A DNA stretch of 64,000 nucleotides from Bacteriovoracaceae bacterium (GCA_041546685.1 JBFEVX010000007.1:1759-65758); one strand, 5' to 3'. Shown: positions 45,062 through 54,650, numbered from the stretch's first letter. The notes: generated by a model not told the origin, from the sequence alone. Numbers and translations: made by a program.

Positions 45062-46815
45062 ACGAGAGTAAACAAAGCCGGAACCAAATTTACTGGGTTT
45101 TACTTGGAGTCATCATCTTCCTTGGCATTTTTGCACGCTTTTTCATGCTTGCAGATCGGCCTTTTCACCATGATGAATCTTTGAACGCTATTTACGGCAG
45201 ATATTTTTATAATCATCCCACCACACAATTTTATAAATATGATCCAATGTTACACGGACCATTTCTTTATAATCTGTATCCATTTTTTTATCAGATCTTT
45301 GATGAGTCCAAGGCTACAGCAAGACTTGTAATGGCCCTAATGGGAAGTTTTCTGATCTTTGTTCCTTTTATACTTAGAAGGTATTTAAATCGTACCACCT
45401 TGTTTCTGGCGACACTCTTTATAGCCTTCAGTCCGACTTTAGTTTACTGGTCACGCTTTGTCCGTCATGACCCTCCTGTATTAATCTGTCTGGCACTTCT
45501 GATAATTGGATGGTTCAGCAACTCATCATGGAAAAAGTCCTTTCTTTGGACATGGGGTCTTATCCTCCCCTTTACCATGAAAGAGAATGCCTACGTTCAC
45601 GTAGCGATCTTCATGGGATATCTGATCTATGAATTGATTCTCAACTCTCTTTTAAAACTTGAAATCGACACTCTCACTTCCAAGACCATTAAATTCTGTA
45701 AAGAAAATACTTTCAAAGTTCTCATCGGAATTTTCTCTGCTTCATTCATTTATGTAATTCTCTATTCAGCATGGTTTAGTCACCCTGAAGGAATTCTTGA
45801 TGGAATTTATCGCAAAAGTCTTGCCTACTGGCTGAACCAGCATCACAAAGACAGAATTGCTGGACCATTTATTTTCCAGTTTTTAATGCTTAGCTGGTAT
45901 GAACAAGTTTTTATACTCATGATCTTTGTTCAAACCGCTCATTTTTATTTAAGAAGAAGTTTTCAAGTCAGAGGAACTTTTGTAGCTTTGATTCTTCTTT
46001 CAATCATAGCCAAGTATCTAAGTCCCACTGATATACCAAATACCAGTTTCCTCTCAGGTATCTTGAAAATCAAAATTTCATTGGATTTCTATCCATTCAT
46101 TTTATTGCTTGGTCACTCAGTATTGATGACCACTGTATTTTTAATTGAAAGAAAACGTGACTTGGCACTGACAGGATATCTCTTCACCTCATTCTTTTTC
46201 ACATACAGCCTGGTAGGAGAAAAGGTTCCTTGGCTCTCAGTATATCCTCTCTTCATGGGAATTCTTTTTTTGTGTGTTTATATTTCTAAAGAATGTCAGC
46301 TTTCTTTTGATCGAAACAAAACATTAAAATTGGCAGTTGTTGTTCTTACCATTTTTCAAGTAAGAATGATGATCATTACAAATTACTCACGCGCGGGAGC
46401 AGATACAGAATTTATCAGTCAAGTTCATACTTCAAGAGATTATGAAAATGTCGCTTATCAGATAAAGAAAGAGATTCAGTCACCTCTTGGCAGGAAGCCT
46501 CTTGTGATGGCAATGGAGCATAATACCTGGCCTCTCACTTGGTACTTATACGGACTCGAGCAATACAATTACATCAAGGGCAATAGAGAACTCCGTGACT
46601 TTGATTATGTTCTGACTTCTACAACTGATTCAGCGACAGGTGCCGAACTCAAAATGACACATACAAGAACAGATGTATCACTCAGACATTGGTGGCTTCC
46701 AGATTATAAAAGAATGACATTTAGAAATTATATGAACTATGCACTTCATCACAATCCCTGGACAGTTCCTGGAAAAATGGACATCAGTGTCTACAAGAAA
46801 GTGGCTATTGAATAA
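45058..46815 (+). CDS. TIGR03663/Agl23-like GT-C-fold polytopic membrane protein (PMT_2-like)
   Basis: 585 aa with >12 hydrophobic segments. N-terminal RPFHHDESLNAIYG...YDPMLHGPFLY is the motif I associate with TIGR03663. An ATGA overlap links it to the mutase gene. Confidence 0.55.
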   Translation: MNESKQSRNQIYWVLLGVIIFLGIFARFFMLADRPFHHDESLNAIYGRYFYNHPTTQFYKYDPMLHGPFLYNLYPFFYQIFDESKATARLVMALMGSFLIFVPFILRRYLNRTTLFLATLFIAFSPTLVYWSRFVRHDPPVLICLALLIIGWFSNSSWKKSFLWTWGLILPFTMKENAYVHVAIFMGYLIYELILNSLLKLEIDTLTSKTIKFCKENTFKVLIGIFSASFIYVILYSAWFSHPEGILDGIYRKSLAYWLNQHHKDRIAGPFIFQFLMLSWYEQVFILMIFVQTAHFYLRRSFQVRGTFVALILLSIIAKYLSPTDIPNTSFLSGILKIKISLDFYPFILLLGHSVLMTTVFLIERKRDLALTGYLFTSFFFTYSLVGEKVPWLSVYPLFMGILFLCVYISKECQLSFDRNKTLKLAVVVLTIFQVRMMIITNYSRAGADTEFISQVHTSRDYENVAYQIKKEIQSPLGRKPLVMAMEHNTWPLTWYLYGLEQYNYIKGNRELRDFDYVLTSTTDSATGAELKMTHTRTDVSLRHWWLPDYKRMTFRNYMNYALHHNPWTVPGKMDISVYKKVAIE

Positions 46816-47563
46816 TCAGATAAAAATCAGAAACAGTACTACCTTTTTCTCTTACAATACCTGCACCTTTATTGATATCAAGACTTCTTGATCTATTGTT
46901 CAAGTCTTGAACCATCTGGCCAATATTGATTTTCATTCCTTTAGAAGTATTGACTGAAGTCGATAGAGCGGAAGCCCCAGATTCCAAAGAAAGTTCAATT
47001 CGATGTGTACTTCCTAGAACATGACAAGTAACAAATATTTCTTGATCATCCATCCGAAGCCTTCCCTGAACCCCAGAAGTCAGAAGCAGAGAAGATCGAC
47101 TAACACCACCAGATTTGGATCTGGTTCTTTTTAATCTGTTTTTTGAACCTACTGAAGCTTCATCATTGGTTGCATCCGATTTACTGACTCGCTCAACGGT
47201 CATTCGACACATCGGCATCTGACCCATTGCTTGATTTTTCTCTACAACTCCATCTGTTCGATAAATCCTTATGGGTTTGTACTTTTTATAGATCCAAGTT
47301 TCGAAAAGCTCTTCTCGAACATCACTGACAGTCACTTCAATACAATTCATACTTGGTCGCTCGTAGATCTTGTCGTTTCGAGAAAGTATCGGACTCAAAT
47401 GTGACTTAACTGCCCTCAGTGAAACATTGTTTTCAAAACAATAGCCCTTGAGAGATTGAGCTTTGGCAGTAAATGAAAAGAAAATAATAAGTAAAAGTTG
47501 AAGACTATTCTTCAAGATACTTGTCACCTTTTTGATCTTCCATAAAGGACTCTGCATTTTCAT
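46805..47563 (-). CDS. Secreted hypothetical protein
   Basis: 252 aa with signal peptide ...LLLIIFFSFTAKAQS. It overlaps the upstream regulator gene's 3' end by ~59 nt and the convergent GT-C gene by 11 nt. Confidence 0.55.
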   Translation of the reverse strand: MKMQSPLWKIKKVTSILKNSLQLLLIIFFSFTAKAQSLKGYCFENNVSLRAVKSHLSPILSRNDKIYERPSMNCIEVTVSDVREELFETWIYKKYKPIRIYRTDGVVEKNQAMGQMPMCRMTVERVSKSDATNDEASVGSKNRLKRTRSKSGGVSRSSLLLTSGVQGRLRMDDQEIFVTCHVLGSTHRIELSLESGASALSTSVNTSKGMKINIGQMVQDLNNRSRSLDINKGAGIVREKGSTVSDFYLIIQ

Positions 47564-48029
47564 ATGAACAAAGATCCAATGTTGTTTGGAATTTGAATTC
47601 AGGTGGAAGTTTTCCCACCTTGCTCAGGTCCTCACAAGTACAGGCGAGCTTTTTCATAAAGTTGAAAAATTTATGACTTGTCTCTGGACTCATCAAATGT
47701 TCCATCTGACAGCTGTCTTTTTCTGCAACTTCTTCTTCGACTCCAACAAAGTCACGAAGGAAGTAAAAAAGCAGCGTTCTTGAACTCAAAATTCTATGAA
47801 CTTCATCATGCCCAAGATCTGTCAGAACGAGGAATTTCGAATCCTCTTCTTCCATCACCAGGCCTTTTTTCTTGAGATTATTGATCGCTGTAGAGACACT
47901 TCCCTTGGTCAAATCAAGATCCTTGGCGATATCAGTAACCCGGGCATAACCTCTCCCTTCCTTCAATTTATGGATGGTAAGTAGGTAGTGAACCATTGAG
48001 TGAGATAGGTCAGTATCTTTAGCAGTCAT
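47505..48029 (-). CDS. DtxR/MntR-family metal-dependent transcriptional regulator
   Basis: SMVHYLLTIHKLKEGRGYARVTDIAKDLDLTKGSVSTAINNLKKKGLV is a DtxR-type winged HTH. The ATG at 48029 is preceded by GGAGAG with a 5-nt spacer; the track start at 48122 adds an implausible N-terminus. Confidence 0.7.
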   Translation of the reverse strand: MTAKDTDLSHSMVHYLLTIHKLKEGRGYARVTDIAKDLDLTKGSVSTAINNLKKKGLVMEEEDSKFLVLTDLGHDEVHRILSSRTLLFYFLRDFVGVEEEVAEKDSCQMEHLMSPETSHKFFNFMKKLACTCEDLSKVGKLPPEFKFQTTLDLCSYENAESFMEDQKGDKYLEE

Positions 48030-48120
48030 ATGCTCTCCAAGGGGAAAAACGCTCAAATGCCTGTATTCAGGCCCCGATTGCCACATTATGTTGCCTGCAC
48101 ATCCTACCAAAAAGTGACGC

Positions 48121-48145
48121 AAAATTGAACTAAATGCTCAATTTT
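48121..48145. promoter_or_regulatory. 25-bp palindrome in divergent promoter region (candidate operator of the DtxR-family regulator)
   Basis: AAAATTGAAC-TAAAT-GCTCAATTTT: 10-nt arms with one mismatch. It lies ~92 nt upstream of the regulator start and ~85 nt upstream of the 48230 gene. Confidence 0.4.
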
Positions 48146-48229
48146 AGGAGGGCGTTGTCTAGGCTGTTTTTTCACTGTCAGAGATCTAGCTTCAGGGTGG
48201 TAAAATAAGGGCAACCAAGGGTAATCACT

Positions 48230-49798
48230 ATGAAAGCACCGAAAACAAAAATTATTTACGCGGTTTTATCCCTTCTTATTGCCACTTCAGTCTCAGCGCA
48301 GATTGTAGGTGTCGTTCGAGGTGGTCAGGACAACAATCCTGAAAATCTCAATGACAAGGATAAATACGTTTCTGAAAACTACATTCACGAGGGCTATCTT
48401 CAAAGAGAAAAAGAAGAAGCTTGTGCTGGAGATAAAAAGGCCTGTGCTGGTACGGACGTCGGAAACCAAAGTGTAAAGATGATCGCCAAAGCTTTCGGGA
48501 TGATCGTTGGTATGCTTCCAGGTGATGGTGCTTTCAAAGAAGGTGTCAAAGGAGCTGATGGAAAACCTAAAATGGACAGCGAAGGAAAGGCCGAAGAAAA
48601 AGAGAAACAAGATTACTGCCGATATATTGCTGTCGGTACTGAAATGGTTGCCCAATTTCAACAACAAGCAGCTCAAACGGAAATGAGCTCGATTCCAGTT
48701 AAGAAAGAAACTGCTCAAAAAGAAAGTTTGGATCGTGCCGCTCGTTCACACGAGTCTAGAGCGAAGAACGCAGAATATCAGGTAGTCGGCTGGGGTGCTA
48801 CGACAGTCTGTTATGGATACATGGCCGCTACGGCTAGTTCAATCGGAACTATGGGTTGGGTGAAACTTGGTATGGCCGGACTTATGACTGGCTTTTACAT
48901 GTCAGAAGTAAAGAAACACAAAGACGCAGCTTCAAAAGTAAGAGGTATCGCCGACAAGCTAGCAGGTGCCGGAGATTGTAACCCAGTAACACAGAAAAAC
49001 TGTTACTGTGCACAGCCTGAAACAATGAATGATGTGACTGTTTGTATGCCACAAATCAGAAAGCGCCAGATTGCGGCCAATGCTGTTCAAGTCGCTTGTA
49101 TGGATAATAAAATGAATCCTGATCCAAAATGTAATTGTGTGACTACAGATACATGTTTCGACAAGGAATTCATCAACAACATTGATGGGCTGAACTTTGG
49201 AGAAGGTTTCAATCAAGGCGTAACTGGACCTCTAAGAAAAATCGCTCGTGGTGAGCTTACTCAAGGAAACCTCTCAGGAAGTGCGACAAGACAAGCTGCT
49301 CTTGCGAAACAGGCCATGAGAAAAATCAAACCTATTCCTTTCGATCAAGAACTTAATAAAGATCAAAAACAGGAAGCATTGGCCCTAACAAAAATGGGTC
49401 TTCCCGCATCCATTGCAGGGAAAGTTGCAGCGACAAGAGTTTCTTCAAGCTCTCTACAAGGAGTTAGAAGCAGACTTGGGAATGTTCAGTATTCTGCTGT
49501 TGGGAAGAGTGCCTACAGAGGCAGCAGAAGAGGAAGAGATAAAGTACTCACTTTCAGTGGAAGTGGCTCAGGACTTACCGGATCTAGAAAAAGCGGTTCT
49601 TCATCTGGGGTCAACTTCAATAAGTTCCTTAAGCGTGGAAAAAAGCGTGGACCAAAAGGTGGGAAAGTTCTCTCTTTCAGAGACAAAGCTTCAAGAAGTG
49701 GTTCTGCTCAAATCTCAAAAGACAGCGACAGAAGCGTATTTGATATCGTATCAAGAAGATACATGATTTCAGGATGGGGACGACTCGAACTGGATTAA
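48230..49798 (+). CDS. Secreted Cys-rich hypothetical protein with basic G/S/R/K-rich C-terminal region
   Basis: 522 aa. Signal peptide ...IATSVSAQ, a central hydrophobic segment, and a cluster of Cys (CNPVTQKNCYCAQ...CMPQ...CMDN...CNCVTTDTC). Confidence 0.6.
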   Translation: MKAPKTKIIYAVLSLLIATSVSAQIVGVVRGGQDNNPENLNDKDKYVSENYIHEGYLQREKEEACAGDKKACAGTDVGNQSVKMIAKAFGMIVGMLPGDGAFKEGVKGADGKPKMDSEGKAEEKEKQDYCRYIAVGTEMVAQFQQQAAQTEMSSIPVKKETAQKESLDRAARSHESRAKNAEYQVVGWGATTVCYGYMAATASSIGTMGWVKLGMAGLMTGFYMSEVKKHKDAASKVRGIADKLAGAGDCNPVTQKNCYCAQPETMNDVTVCMPQIRKRQIAANAVQVACMDNKMNPDPKCNCVTTDTCFDKEFINNIDGLNFGEGFNQGVTGPLRKIARGELTQGNLSGSATRQAALAKQAMRKIKPIPFDQELNKDQKQEALALTKMGLPASIAGKVAATRVSSSSLQGVRSRLGNVQYSAVGKSAYRGSRRGRDKVLTFSGSGSGLTGSRKSGSSSGVNFNKFLKRGKKRGPKGGKVLSFRDKASRSGSAQISKDSDRSVFDIVSRRYMISGWGRLELD

Positions 49799-49813
49799 TT
49801 TCAAAAGGAAGTC

Positions 49814-50218
49814 ATGGAAGACTCAACCAAACAGACAACATTTCATGCGACATTTCATCCGACTCTTTTTTACGATTCTGAATGTGGCCTGTGTCTGAGA
49901 TTCAAACAGGCACTTGATCGTTTACCAGGCACAGATAAAATCAAAAAGGTCAGCATTCACGAGCCAGAAGCATTCAAGTCATTCCCTGAGCTTTCTAAAG
50001 AAAAGTGTGAAAAAGAAGTCCATCTAGTTGATGAGAACGGCAAGATTCTCGTTGGCGAAGAAGTCGTTGAATATCTCATTTCCAAGTTTCCAGGAGTCGA
50101 GAAATTCTCATGGTTGCTTGAAAGTGGCATGGGCCAAAAAGCCGTTGAGTACTTCAATACCATCGCTAAATTGACCAGAGAAACGTTGCGAAAGCGTTGT
50201 AGCACATGTAAAAATTAG
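49814..50218 (+). CDS. DCC-family thiol-disulfide oxidoreductase (DUF393)
   Basis: 134 aa. LFYDSECGLCLRF matches the DCC1-like C-x-x-C N-terminal motif. Confidence 0.65.
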   Translation: MEDSTKQTTFHATFHPTLFYDSECGLCLRFKQALDRLPGTDKIKKVSIHEPEAFKSFPELSKEKCEKEVHLVDENGKILVGEEVVEYLISKFPGVEKFSWLLESGMGQKAVEYFNTIAKLTRETLRKRCSTCKN

Positions 50219-50236
50219 CCATACATTTGGAGAATT

Positions 50237-50971
50237 ATGCTGCCCTTCGACAAAACACTGGTTATTATCCCGACCTATAATGAAATCGATAATATCGAGC
50301 GCATGATCACAACTATGTTGACCATGCACCAAGGAATCTCTCTTCTCATTATCGAAGACGGATCTCCAGATGGAACTGCCGATGTCGTTAAGCGACTACA
50401 AAAAGAATACCCTGACAATCTCCATATGATCCAAAGAACCGGTAAGCTTGGTCTTGGAACTGCTTATGTCACAGGATTCAAATGGGCACTCGAAAGAGAG
50501 TATGAGTTTGTTTTCGAAATGGACTGTGACTTTTCACATGATCCCAAGCAAGTTCCTGATCTCTTAGAAGCAGCACAGAGCAACGACCTCGTTATTGGCT
50601 CTAGATATATCGATGGCATTAGAATCATCAATTGGCCGTTCAGAAGACTTCTCCTCTCCTATCTGGCCAGTATCTATACTCGTTTTGTCACAGGTATTCC
50701 TGTACAAGATACGACAGGTGGATTCAAGTGCTTCACCAGAAAAGCTCTTAGCTCACTCAATCTAGATAACATCGTTTCTACCGGGTACATTTTCCAACTC
50801 GAGCTCAACTATAAGATTTGGTCACTCGGTATGAATGTCAAAGAAGTTCCAATCATTTTTTATGAAAGACGTGATGGGCAATCCAAAATGGCCGGTGGGA
50901 TCATTTTTGAAGCTCTATTCGCTGTGCTTCGTCTTCGAGTCATGAAGAGCCTAGGCACACTTCTGAAATAG
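50237..50971 (+). CDS. Polyprenol/dolichol-phosphate mannose synthase-like GT2 (Dpm1/Ppm1 type)
   Basis: LVIIPTYNEIDNI, IIEDGSPDGT, GKLGLGTAY and FEMDCDFSHDP are classic Dpm1-type motifs. 244 aa, soluble form. Confidence 0.8.
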   Translation: MLPFDKTLVIIPTYNEIDNIERMITTMLTMHQGISLLIIEDGSPDGTADVVKRLQKEYPDNLHMIQRTGKLGLGTAYVTGFKWALEREYEFVFEMDCDFSHDPKQVPDLLEAAQSNDLVIGSRYIDGIRIINWPFRRLLLSYLASIYTRFVTGIPVQDTTGGFKCFTRKALSSLNLDNIVSTGYIFQLELNYKIWSLGMNVKEVPIIFYERRDGQSKMAGGIIFEALFAVLRLRVMKSLGTLLK

Positions 50972-51009
50972 CAGTCTGACGACTTCAAAAGCAAAAGATC
51001 AAAGCCTGA

Positions 51010-51711
51010 TTATCTTTCGAAAGATTTACGTGAAAATAGCTGTCTATTCAGTGGTCCAAAACACATGAGAAGAAAGATCCAACAACCACCAAACTCTAGA
51101 ATCTCACCTTTTCTTCCTGAGTCGATAAATTTAACGATAATCGCTAGAAGTATATAGGCAACAATATGAAAAAGTTTAGGGACGGGAATTGCAAATTTAT
51201 CAACAAAGTTTCTGACTCTCCCGGCCTGCACATATAGAAATGGCATGACTAGAAAATAGAGAACAACCAAAATTCCAAGGAATGTTCCGAAGATATATCT
51301 GTTTACCTTGAAGTCTCCGAACTTCAGGTTGTGAATATTAAATTCACCTTGAGTGTTATGAATTTTGAACCATTCAGGAGTTTCAAAGCCAATGATTCGT
51401 TGACCATAACTGATTTCTTCAAGAGCACCGAATAGAAAAACAAAACCCATCATCACAAGGCAGAAAGCAAAGAACTTTCCCCTGAAAGGTTTTAAGATAT
51501 TTGCCCTGTGCCAACATAGAATTGATCCAAGCAAGAGAGCGAGGAAAGTCAGATATTCTATCCAACCATCTTCAGTCACATAGACATGCTCATAAAAATG
51601 CTTATTGGTGTAACTTAAAATCATCCCCACGATGGCCACAAGAAAGACCAGAATGAACATGACCAGTTCGTTCTTTTTGATATTTGTAAGGCTGGCGAGC
51701 ATTTCTTTCAA
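51010..51711 (-). CDS. Polytopic membrane protein, unknown function
   Basis: 233 aa with ~6 hydrophobic segments. A 4-nt overlap links it to rpiB. Confidence 0.6.
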   Translation of the reverse strand: MKEMLASLTNIKKNELVMFILVFLVAIVGMILSYTNKHFYEHVYVTEDGWIEYLTFLALLLGSILCWHRANILKPFRGKFFAFCLVMMGFVFLFGALEEISYGQRIIGFETPEWFKIHNTQGEFNIHNLKFGDFKVNRYIFGTFLGILVVLYFLVMPFLYVQAGRVRNFVDKFAIPVPKLFHIVAYILLAIIVKFIDSGRKGEILEFGGCWIFLLMCFGPLNRQLFSRKSFER

Positions 51712-52145
51712 AACACTTCTCCGAGATTTTCAAACTTGGCTAGTCTGTCAGTATGTCTTCCACCTTCGAACTCTGCTTCAAACCAGGCATCAACCATCGC
51801 CCTGATTTCTTCTGCGGAATTGATTCTGGCACCAAGACAAAGAACATTGGCGTCATTGTGTTGCCTAGAAAGTCTGGCCTCTTCAGGGGTTCTAACTAGT
51901 GCTGCTCTAATTCCCTTGTAGCGGTTTGCTACAATCGAAACACCGATTCCTGATCCACAAAGAAGAATCCCTGGGATCTTCTCTTCAACAACCCTTTTGG
52001 CAACCTTGCTGGCATAGTCGGGATAATCACATCTCTCATCTGAGTATGTTCCTTCATCAAGAACTTCAAACTTTGATTCGAGATATTTCTTAAGCTCTTC
52101 TTTGCCTTCAAAGGCAGCGTGATCACATCCGAGGGCTACTTTCAC
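51708..52145 (-). CDS. rpiB: Ribose-5-phosphate isomerase B
   Basis: ALGCDHAAF, CGSGIGVSIVANR and NDANVLCLGAR motifs of the RpiB/LacAB family. GTG start preceded by GGAG. Confidence 0.9.
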   Translation of the reverse strand: MKVALGCDHAAFEGKEELKKYLESKFEVLDEGTYSDERCDYPDYASKVAKRVVEEKIPGILLCGSGIGVSIVANRYKGIRAALVRTPEEARLSRQHNDANVLCLGARINSAEEIRAMVDAWFEAEFEGGRHTDRLAKFENLGEVF

Positions 52146-52157
52146 AATAACTCCACT

Positions 52158-52191
52158 AAAAAACCCCGGCCACGTACAACGTGAACCGGGG
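52158..52191 (-). terminator. Rho-independent terminator downstream of ahcY
   Basis: Stem CCCCGG-c-CACGT (52164-52175) / ACGTG-aa-CCGGGG (52179-52191). The A-run at 52158-52163 gives a U-run on the minus strand. Confidence 0.7.
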
Positions 52192-52201
52192 CGATTTCAA
52201 A

Positions 52202-53497
52202 TTAGTATCTGTAATGTTCTGGCTTGAAAGGACCTTCAGGGTTAATACCTAGGTATTCAGCTTGTCCTGAAGTAAGAACGTCGATCTCAACACCAATTTT
52301 TGCAAGGTGAAGTCTCGCTACTTTTTCATCTAGATGCTTTGGAAGCATGTAAACTTTGTTTTCGTATTTGTCACAGTTCTCCCAAAGCTCAAGTTGAGCA
52401 ATCACCTGGTTGGTGAATGAGTTACTCATAACAAATGAAGGGTGACCTGTAGCACATCCAAGGTTCACCAGACGACCTTGAGCAAGAAGGATGATTCTTC
52501 TTCCATCTTTTGAAGTGTACTGATCAACTTGTGGTTTGATGTTGTCTTCAGTGTAGTTTTCATGAAGATGCTTGATGTGGATTTCAGAGTCAAAGTGACC
52601 GATGTTACAAACGATCGCTCCGTCCTTCATGGCATCAAGATGCTTAGGCGCGATAACATCGTAACAACCAGTTGTTGTAACGAAGATGTCTCCAAGCTTG
52701 GCAGCATCGTCCATTTTCATTACTTCGTAACCTTCCATCGCTGCTTGTAGAGCACAGATAGGATCGATTTCAGTAATGATAACACGTCCACCTTGTCCTC
52801 TTAGAGACTGAGCAGAACCCTTACCAACGTCACCGTAACCAGCAACAACACAAACTTTACCAGCAACCATTACGTCAGTTGCTCTCTTGATACCGTCAAT
52901 CAAAGACTCTCTACATCCGTAAAGGTTGTCGAACTTTGACTTGGTAACAGAGTCATTGATGTTGATAGCTGGAATTGGAAGAGTACCTTTTTGAACTCTT
53001 TCATAAAGTCTATGAACACCTGTTGTTGTTTCTTCAGAAAGTCCTCTGATTCCTTCAACGTATTGTGGGAATCTGTCGAGAACCATGTTTGTCAGGTCTC
53101 CACCATCATCAAGAATCATGTTAAGTGGTGATCCGTCTGCCCATGTAAGAGTTTTCTCAATACACCAGTCGAACTCCTCTTCGTTCATACCTTTCCAGGC
53201 AAAAACAGGAATTCCTGCAGCAGCGATGGCCGCAGCAGCGTGATCTTGAGTTGAATAGATATTACATGAAGACCATCTTACTTCAGCTCCAAGAGCAGTA
53301 AGTGTCTCAATAAGGACAGCTGTTTGGATTGTCATGTGAAGACAACCAGCAATCTTGGCACCTTTAAGAGGTTGGCTTGGACCAAATTCTTCTCTAAGAG
53401 ACATTAGTCCTGGCATTTCGCTTTCTGCGATTGTGATTTCTTTTCTACCCCATTCGGCCAAAGAAATATCGGCTACTTTGTAATCTGTAAAAGTCAT
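52202..53497 (-). CDS. ahcY: Adenosylhomocysteinase
   Basis: [17 protein letters not shown], the NAD-binding GYGDVGKG and a C-terminal ...PFKPEHYRY are characteristic. The ATG at 53497 is preceded by GGAGGA; the track start at 53542 adds a T-rich extension. Confidence 0.92.
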   Translation of the reverse strand: MTFTDYKVADISLAEWGRKEITIAESEMPGLMSLREEFGPSQPLKGAKIAGCLHMTIQTAVLIETLTALGAEVRWSSCNIYSTQDHAAAAIAAAGIPVFAWKGMNEEEFDWCIEKTLTWADGSPLNMILDDGGDLTNMVLDRFPQYVEGIRGLSEETTTGVHRLYERVQKGTLPIPAININDSVTKSKFDNLYGCRESLIDGIKRATDVMVAGKVCVVAGYGDVGKGSAQSLRGQGGRVIITEIDPICALQAAMEGYEVMKMDDAAKLGDIFVTTTGCYDVIAPKHLDAMKDGAIVCNIGHFDSEIHIKHLHENYTEDNIKPQVDQYTSKDGRRIILLAQGRLVNLGCATGHPSFVMSNSFTNQVIAQLELWENCDKYENKVYMLPKHLDEKVARLHLAKIGVEIDVLTSGQAEYLGINPEGPFKPEHYRY

Positions 53498-53639
53498 GTT
53501 TCCTCCAACCGTTGTTGTCCCGGTTTCTGTCGTAGTTTGCATTTTACTATCCTTAATATACTGATTATTTGTCCCGCCACTATAACAAATAAAAACGCCG
53601 ATCTACAAGCTTCCAGCAGTATTCTAGCCGCAATTTCCC

Positions 53640-54650
53640 TTGCTTCTAAGGAGCATTGAAGGTACCTATGTCGCAGAACTCAAAAAGGTTTTCACATTGG
53701 GTAGTTACACCAAGATTGACAAGCAACTTGCTCAGCGCATTATCGGACTTTACCAGCTTGGTGATGTCGTGAAGCTTCGCCCTCTTTCTCTTGGAATATC
53801 CAATTCAAATTATCGAGTTGAAACCCAAGAAGGGACCTATCTTCTTAAAATCAGTAATGACAAGAACAGTACTGAGCTTGAAGAAGAGATGGATATTCTT
53901 AAACGCCTCTCAGAAAAGGGTTTCAACTATTCTCTGACTCCCCATGAAACCTCTGATGGCCAGCTGGTGTACCATTGTGACGAATATTTTGGTGTCGTTT
54001 TTCCATTCGTCGAAGGAATCCCACCTGGACCAGCTGACATGACCTGTCGAATGATTGGAGAAGGCCTAGCGAAGCTCCATATCCAAAAATGGTCAGATAA
54101 AGAACTGAAAGAAATAAGAAACTATGAATCTGTCGGCTATGGAGTTCAAAAGCTTCTTGCCTACGTTAAGGAAGCAGGCTGCCCAGAAGACTTCAAAGTC
54201 GAGTTTAAAAAAAATTTCGATGACGATCTCAAAGAGTGGATGGACGCTGATCTTGAAAAAGGCCTAATTCATGGGGATCTCTATTACGATAATACCCTTT
54301 TTCACAATGACGTATTGAAAGTCATTTTGGATTTTGAACAAGCTGGAGTTGGTGAATTTCTCTTTGACCTAGGTGTTTGTATCTCAGGAACCTGTTTGGA
54401 AAAAGGACATATTATCACTCCACTGATAGACAGTTTGCTTTCAGGATATGAGTCGATTCGCCCACTGCCTGCAATTGAGAGAAAACTTCTCGATCAGGCG
54501 ATTGTCCTTGGGCTCTTTTCCATATCGTTGTGGAGAATCAAAAGATTTACGGAAGGCTCGCTCAATACTTTGATGGCCGATAGCTATAAAGAACTGATAC
54601 AAAGGGCCAATAATTACCGGAAGGAATCCGGAGGAGATAGTCGTTCATGA
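53640..54650 (+). CDS. APH-fold phosphotransferase (homoserine kinase type II-like)
   Basis: GISNSNYRVET..GTYLLKI, IHGDLYYDNTLF and LDFEQAG motifs of the aminoglycoside/choline/homoserine kinase II fold. The start is uncertain; TTG 53697 would give MGSYTKI. Confidence 0.6.
   Translation: MLLRSIEGTYVAELKKVFTLGSYTKIDKQLAQRIIGLYQLGDVVKLRPLSLGISNSNYRVETQEGTYLLKISNDKNSTELEEEMDILKRLSEKGFNYSLTPHETSDGQLVYHCDEYFGVVFPFVEGIPPGPADMTCRMIGEGLAKLHIQKWSDKELKEIRNYESVGYGVQKLLAYVKEAGCPEDFKVEFKKNFDDDLKEWMDADLEKGLIHGDLYYDNTLFHNDVLKVILDFEQAGVGEFLFDLGVCISGTCLEKGHIITPLIDSLLSGYESIRPLPAIERKLLDQAIVLGLFSISLWRIKRFTEGSLNTLMADSYKELIQRANNYRKESGGDSRS

Noticed and set aside
48146-48208. AGGAGG followed by a TTG-initiated 17-codon ORF between the palindrome and the 48230 gene
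   Set aside because: It is very short and has no recognisable features. The AGGAGG may be fortuitous or part of the promoter/leader. Support is insufficient to call a CDS.
53498-53639. Possible SAH riboswitch in the ahcY leader
   Set aside because: ahcY often carries an SAH riboswitch in proteobacteria. This ~140-nt AT-rich leader shows none of the GC-rich pseudoknot segments I remember. I see only a plausible TTGTAG-N18-TATAGT promoter. An Infernal scan would settle it.
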